64,000 nucleotides of DNA, taken from assembly GCA_016839585.1 (NCBI GenBank), contig JAEOTZ010000058.1, positions 1-64,000 of the forward strand, read 5' to 3'. Made by a program: the position numbers and the translations under genes. The notes under the pieces are model-generated. The model was not told where the DNA came from. It worked only from the letters and a program-made list of their open reading frames with translations, and searched no databases. Numbering within the stretch: position 1 is the first letter of the stretch; each line of letters opens with the position of its first letter. Shown in pieces: positions 60,077-64,000 of this stretch. The stretch is from Promethearchaeota archaeon. Lineage in GTDB: Archaea > Asgardarchaeota > Lokiarchaeia > Sigyniarchaeales > SOKP01.

Positions 60077-61378
60077 ATGACAGAATCAAAATATACAACT
60101 ATAGAAGAAGCTCTAAATAAGGGTTCTACTGATGTGAATCTAAGAGGTTGGGTATACAGAGAAAGAAAATCAAATAAGTTTGTATTCATTGTTTTACGGG
60201 ATGAATCTGATATAATACAATGTGTTATATCCAATGAAAAAAATCCAAAACTCTTTGAAAGAGCTGAAAAACTGACTATTGAATCTTCAGTTATGATTTC
60301 GGGAGAATTAAAAAAGGATGAAAGAGCTCCCACCGGTTATGAAGTTTCTGTAACTGATTTGGAAATACTCCAAATTGCTGAACCATTTCCAATCACTGAA
60401 CACCAATCACCTGAACTTTTATATGATAATAGACATTTGTGGTTAAGATCAAGGAAATTAAATGCTATCTTAAAAATTAGACACACCATTGTTGGAGCAA
60501 TTCATGAGTTTTTTAGAAGTCATGGATATTATGAGTTCGATGCACCAATCTTCCAACCTAGCCAGTCGGAAGGTGGTGCCACTTTATTCGAAGTTAAATA
60601 CTTTGAAGATAAGACTTATCTAAGCCAAACTTGGCAGTTATATGCTGAAGCAGGGATCTTTTCATTAGGGAAAATTTATAATATGGCACCAACATTTAGA
60701 GCGGAAAGATCAAAAACTTCAAGACATTTAGCAGAATTTTGGATGGCTGAAATGGAAGCTGCATGGATGAAACTTGATGAAGTTACTGAAGTTGCTAAAG
60801 ATGAAATCAGGTATATTGTTCAACAAGTTTTAAAACATAATAGAAGAGAACTTGAAATCTTGGAGAGAGATATAAAGTTACTAGAGCATTATGCAGAAGT
60901 AGAATACCCTACAATAAAATATGCAGAAGCTCTAGACATCCTTAATAAGAAATATAAAATGAATGTTCCATGGGGTAAGGATCTAAGGACCATTGAAGAA
61001 GCAAAAATAGCTGAATATTTTAAAGCTCCTGTGGTTGTGACACACTATCCTACAGAAATAATGGGTTTTTACAAACCGCCCAGTGAGGAAAATCCTCAAG
61101 AAGCATTATGTTTTGATATGTTAGCTCCTGAAGGATACTGTGAAATTGTTGGCGGCTCAGAGAGATCTTTGTTACTCGATGATATGATAAAGAGGCTAGA
61201 AGCTGATGGCGAAGATCCAAAAAATTATGAGTGGTATTTTGAATTAAGACGTTACGGTAGTGTACCTCATTCAGGTTATGGTGTTGGTGTTGAAAGAGTC
61301 GTTATGTGGTTATGTGGAATAGATAATATAAAAGATGCTATTCCTTTCCCTAGAACAATGATAAGAAAAACACCTTAA
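60077..61378 (+). CDS. asnS: asparagine--tRNA ligase
   Basis: OB-fold LRGWV, FRAERSKTSRHLAEFW, EIVGGSER, YGSVPHSGYGVGVER. Confidence 0.88.
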   Translation: MTESKYTTIEEALNKGSTDVNLRGWVYRERKSNKFVFIVLRDESDIIQCVISNEKNPKLFERAEKLTIESSVMISGELKKDERAPTGYEVSVTDLEILQIAEPFPITEHQSPELLYDNRHLWLRSRKLNAILKIRHTIVGAIHEFFRSHGYYEFDAPIFQPSQSEGGATLFEVKYFEDKTYLSQTWQLYAEAGIFSLGKIYNMAPTFRAERSKTSRHLAEFWMAEMEAAWMKLDEVTEVAKDEIRYIVQQVLKHNRRELEILERDIKLLEHYAEVEYPTIKYAEALDILNKKYKMNVPWGKDLRTIEEAKIAEYFKAPVVVTHYPTEIMGFYKPPSEENPQEALCFDMLAPEGYCEIVGGSERSLLLDDMIKRLEADGEDPKNYEWYFELRRYGSVPHSGYGVGVERVVMWLCGIDNIKDAIPFPRTMIRKTP

Positions 61379-61491
61379 TAAAAACTAAAAAAAGTAAATT
61401 CTTTTAAATTTTTTAGAAATATAGAATTATTATTGATAAGTTATTTAAGCGATACTAATCCTAATTTATTCAAAAGCGTGGTTTGTTATAA

Positions 61492-62973
61492 ATGGAAATC
61501 TATAATTACATGGGATATGAATTAATCGAAAAAATAAGAAGCAAAGAAATCACAATTCAAGAAGTTATCCAACAGACTTATGAGAGAATTGAAGAAACAG
61601 AGGAACTTTTACATTCTTTCGTTTATTTATCAAAAGAGAGAGCTTTGAAGAGAGCTAAAAATTTAGATGCTCAATTAAAGAATGGTAAAACCACTGGAAA
61701 AGTTCTTGGATTACCAATTGGTGTAAAAGATCTTATATGTATAAAGGATAGCCCTACTACTTGTGGTTCAAAAATATTAGAAGAATATCGACCTCCTTAT
61801 AATGCAACTGTTATAGATTATTTAATTGAAAGGGAAGGAGCTATTTCTGTAGGACGAACAAATATGGATGAATTTGCTATGGGTTCTTCAACAGAAAATA
61901 GCAGTTATGGTCCAACCTATAACCCATGGGATTTAGAGCGAGTTCCTGGAGGATCTAGCGGTGGTTCTAGTTCGTGTGTCGCATCAGGACAGACACCTAT
62001 CTCCTTAGGAAGCGATACTGGTGGTAGTATCAGGTGTCCTGCCGCATATTGTGGAATTGTTGGTATAAAACCCACCTATGGAAGGGTCTCCAGATATGGA
62101 TTAGTATCTTATGCTAACTCCTTAGATCAAATTGGCCCATTAGGGCGATGCGTATATGATGTAGCACTAATACTCGAAATAATCGCAGGGTATGATCCTT
62201 TAGATTCAACAACCGTAGATATAGGAGTTGATGAGTATACAAAAGAACTAAATAGATCTATAGAAAAAAAGACTCTTGGTATCCCGAAGGAATTTTTTGG
62301 AGAGGGTTTACAGAAAGATGTTAAAGAAAAAGTAAAAAAATCAATAAATAAGTTAGAGGGCTTAGGAGCAAATGTAGTGGATCTTTCATTCCCTCACTTA
62401 GAGTATACAATTCCTACATATTATTTAATAGCAATGAGCGAAGCTAGTTCAAATTTAGAACGGTATGATGGATTAAGATATGGAAAGATGAGTGATGATT
62501 TAAAAGGAGATGTATATGAAGTATTTAGTAGAACACGTGGTGAGAGATTTGGATCAGAAGTAAGAAGGCGAATTATCCTTGGTACATATACACTATCAGC
62601 GGGATATTACGATATGTTTTATATTAAGGCATTGAAAGTAAGGACTCTAATTAAGAAGGATTTCCAAAACGCTTTTGAACAATGTGATGCGATAGTATGT
62701 CCAACAATGCCAACTACAGCATTTAAAATAGGAGAATTAGTTGATGATCCTTTGCAAATGTACTTAATGGATGTGTTAACATGTCCGGTAAATCTCGCAG
62801 GATTACCAGGACTCTCCATTCCTTGCGATTATGATAACAAAGGACTTCCTATTGGGTTTCAAATTATTGGAAATTATTTTGATGAAAAGACAATTTTAAA
62901 TATTGGGTATCAACTTGAACAAGAGTTAAATATATATCGTAAGATTCCCCCATTAACAATTAGAGGTAATTAA
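61492..62973 (+). CDS. gatA: Asp/Glu-tRNA amidotransferase subunit A
   Basis: GVKD, NMDEFAMGS, GGSSGGS, GSDTGGSIR, RYDG, EVRRRIILG. Confidence 0.95.
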   Translation: MEIYNYMGYELIEKIRSKEITIQEVIQQTYERIEETEELLHSFVYLSKERALKRAKNLDAQLKNGKTTGKVLGLPIGVKDLICIKDSPTTCGSKILEEYRPPYNATVIDYLIEREGAISVGRTNMDEFAMGSSTENSSYGPTYNPWDLERVPGGSSGGSSSCVASGQTPISLGSDTGGSIRCPAAYCGIVGIKPTYGRVSRYGLVSYANSLDQIGPLGRCVYDVALILEIIAGYDPLDSTTVDIGVDEYTKELNRSIEKKTLGIPKEFFGEGLQKDVKEKVKKSINKLEGLGANVVDLSFPHLEYTIPTYYLIAMSEASSNLERYDGLRYGKMSDDLKGDVYEVFSRTRGERFGSEVRRRIILGTYTLSAGYYDMFYIKALKVRTLIKKDFQNAFEQCDAIVCPTMPTTAFKIGELVDDPLQMYLMDVLTCPVNLAGLPGLSIPCDYDNKGLPIGFQIIGNYFDEKTILNIGYQLEQELNIYRKIPPLTIRGN

Positions 62974-62974
62974 T

Positions 62975-64000
62975 TTGAGCGATACTCCCCAAGATGTTAT
63001 TATAGGGTTAGAAGTTCATATCCAACTTGCAAATTTGAAAACAAAATTATTCTGTAGTTGTAGCAGTGATTATCGTAGTGCAGAACCGAATACACACGTA
63101 TGCCCTATTTGTCTCGGATTACCTGGTTCACTTCCGGTAATAAATAAAAAATCTATAGAATTTGCTACTAGATTAGCTTTAGCTTTAAACTGCAAAATAA
63201 ATCCTAAATTTTGGTTCTTTAGAAAGAATTATTTTTACGTTGACCTACCGAAGGGATACCAGATTAGCCAGTATAATAAGGCAGGAGGTAAAGCTTTTGC
63301 TGATGGTGGGAAAGTTACGATAAAAATAAACTCCTCTAAGAAAGAGATCCTTTTAAATCGAATACATCTTGAAGAGGATCCGGCAAGATTGGTTCATAAG
63401 GGAAGTATTAGAACATCACCCTATACTTTAGTGGACTATAATCGTTCAGGGATTACTTTAATTGAAACAGTAACAGAACCAGTCCTGAGTTCACCAGCAG
63501 AAGCAAGAGAGTTCCTAAATCAGCTTAAACTGATTGTGCAGTATACTGGAATTTCAGACTTAAGTTTAGAGGGTACTTTGAGAGTAGATGCGAATATTTC
63601 AATCAAAGGACATCCCAGAGCGGAAGTGAAAAATATTACCAGTTTTAAAGAAGTTGAAAGCGCCTTAATATATGAAATAACTAGGCAAAAACATGAAATA
63701 AAAAAAGGAAAAGAGATTATGCAAGAAACAAGACATTGGGATGGAAGAGTTACTATACCATTGAGAACAAAAGAGTTTGAAAAAGATTATAGATATTTTC
63801 CAGAACAAGATTTAGTTCCTATTGTAATCAAGAAAGAATTTATTGACGAAATAAAAGACTATTTGCCAGAAATGCCAAATGAAAGAGTTTTACGCCTTCA
63901 AAAACAATATATGTTATCTGAGTTTGACGCTGAAAATCTAATCCTGGACAAGTATATTGCTGATTTTTATGAAAACGGAGTTAACAAAGACCCTACATTT
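62975..64000 (+). CDS. gatB: Asp/Glu-tRNA amidotransferase subunit B (runs off the window)
   Basis: Manual translation from TTG 62975: IGLEVHIQL..KTKLFC, CLGLPG, RKNYFY, HLEED, DYNRSG, RVDANIS, YRYFPE. Confidence 0.93.
   Translation, partial: MSDTPQDVIIGLEVHIQLANLKTKLFCSCSSDYRSAEPNTHVCPICLGLPGSLPVINKKSIEFATRLALALNCKINPKFWFFRKNYFYVDLPKGYQISQYNKAGGKAFADGGKVTIKINSSKKEILLNRIHLEEDPARLVHKGSIRTSPYTLVDYNRSGITLIETVTEPVLSSPAEAREFLNQLKLIVQYTGISDLSLEGTLRVDANISIKGHPRAEVKNITSFKEVESALIYEITRQKHEIKKGKEIMQETRHWDGRVTIPLRTKEFEKDYRYFPEQDLVPIVIKKEFIDEIKDYLPEMPNERVLRLQKQYMLSEFDAENLILDKYIADFYENGVNKDPTF

Noticed and set aside
1756-62819. Numerous antisense/alternative-frame ORFs in the track (e.g. 1756, 2701, 5494, 6729, 16594, 16969, 17561, 19175, 24049, 37227, 54194, 58273, 62619)
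   Set aside because: Shadow ORFs overlapping well-supported genes or promoters, with no motifs.
1-64000. CRISPR arrays, tRNA, rRNA
   Set aside because: No regularly spaced repeats or GC-rich structured RNA genes were seen by eye.

Overview
AT-rich archaeal chromosomal window, very probably Lokiarchaeia (Asgard). Support: actin-related protein, MglA-like GTPase, TFB, RadA, Hef, Hel308, CofE, gyrase, GGTGA-type ribosome-binding sites. No rRNA, tRNA, CRISPR array or intact IS was seen. Block 1 (~1-33 kb) is a cluster of recombination/repair genes (RadA paralog, RadB-like, Hef, Hel308-SWIM), HhH and membrane proteins, a degenerate HerA/VirB4-like giant, an M50-like protease and a divergent TFB. 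Most of its transcription units share a non-canonical promoter-like motif TTTTTCTTTAAATA (T-rich instead of purine-rich BRE). Block 2 (~33-40.4 kb) is a decayed variable region with a polymorphic-toxin-like ORF (S26 peptidase + HNH tip), an LRR gene and gene remnants. Block 3 (~40.5-64 kb) is conserved/housekeeping (ARP + pseudo-CHAT operon, DNA MTase, DEAD-box helicase, MglA, gyrBA, folP, cofE, asnS, gatAB). The most striking signal is a 30-nt, stop-containing insertion in the MglA GTPase gene that folds into an exact bulge-helix-bulge. Its predicted cuts restore the reading frame precisely, making it a candidate tRNA-type intron in an Asgard mRNA. All product calls come from motifs recognised by eye; no database searches were run.
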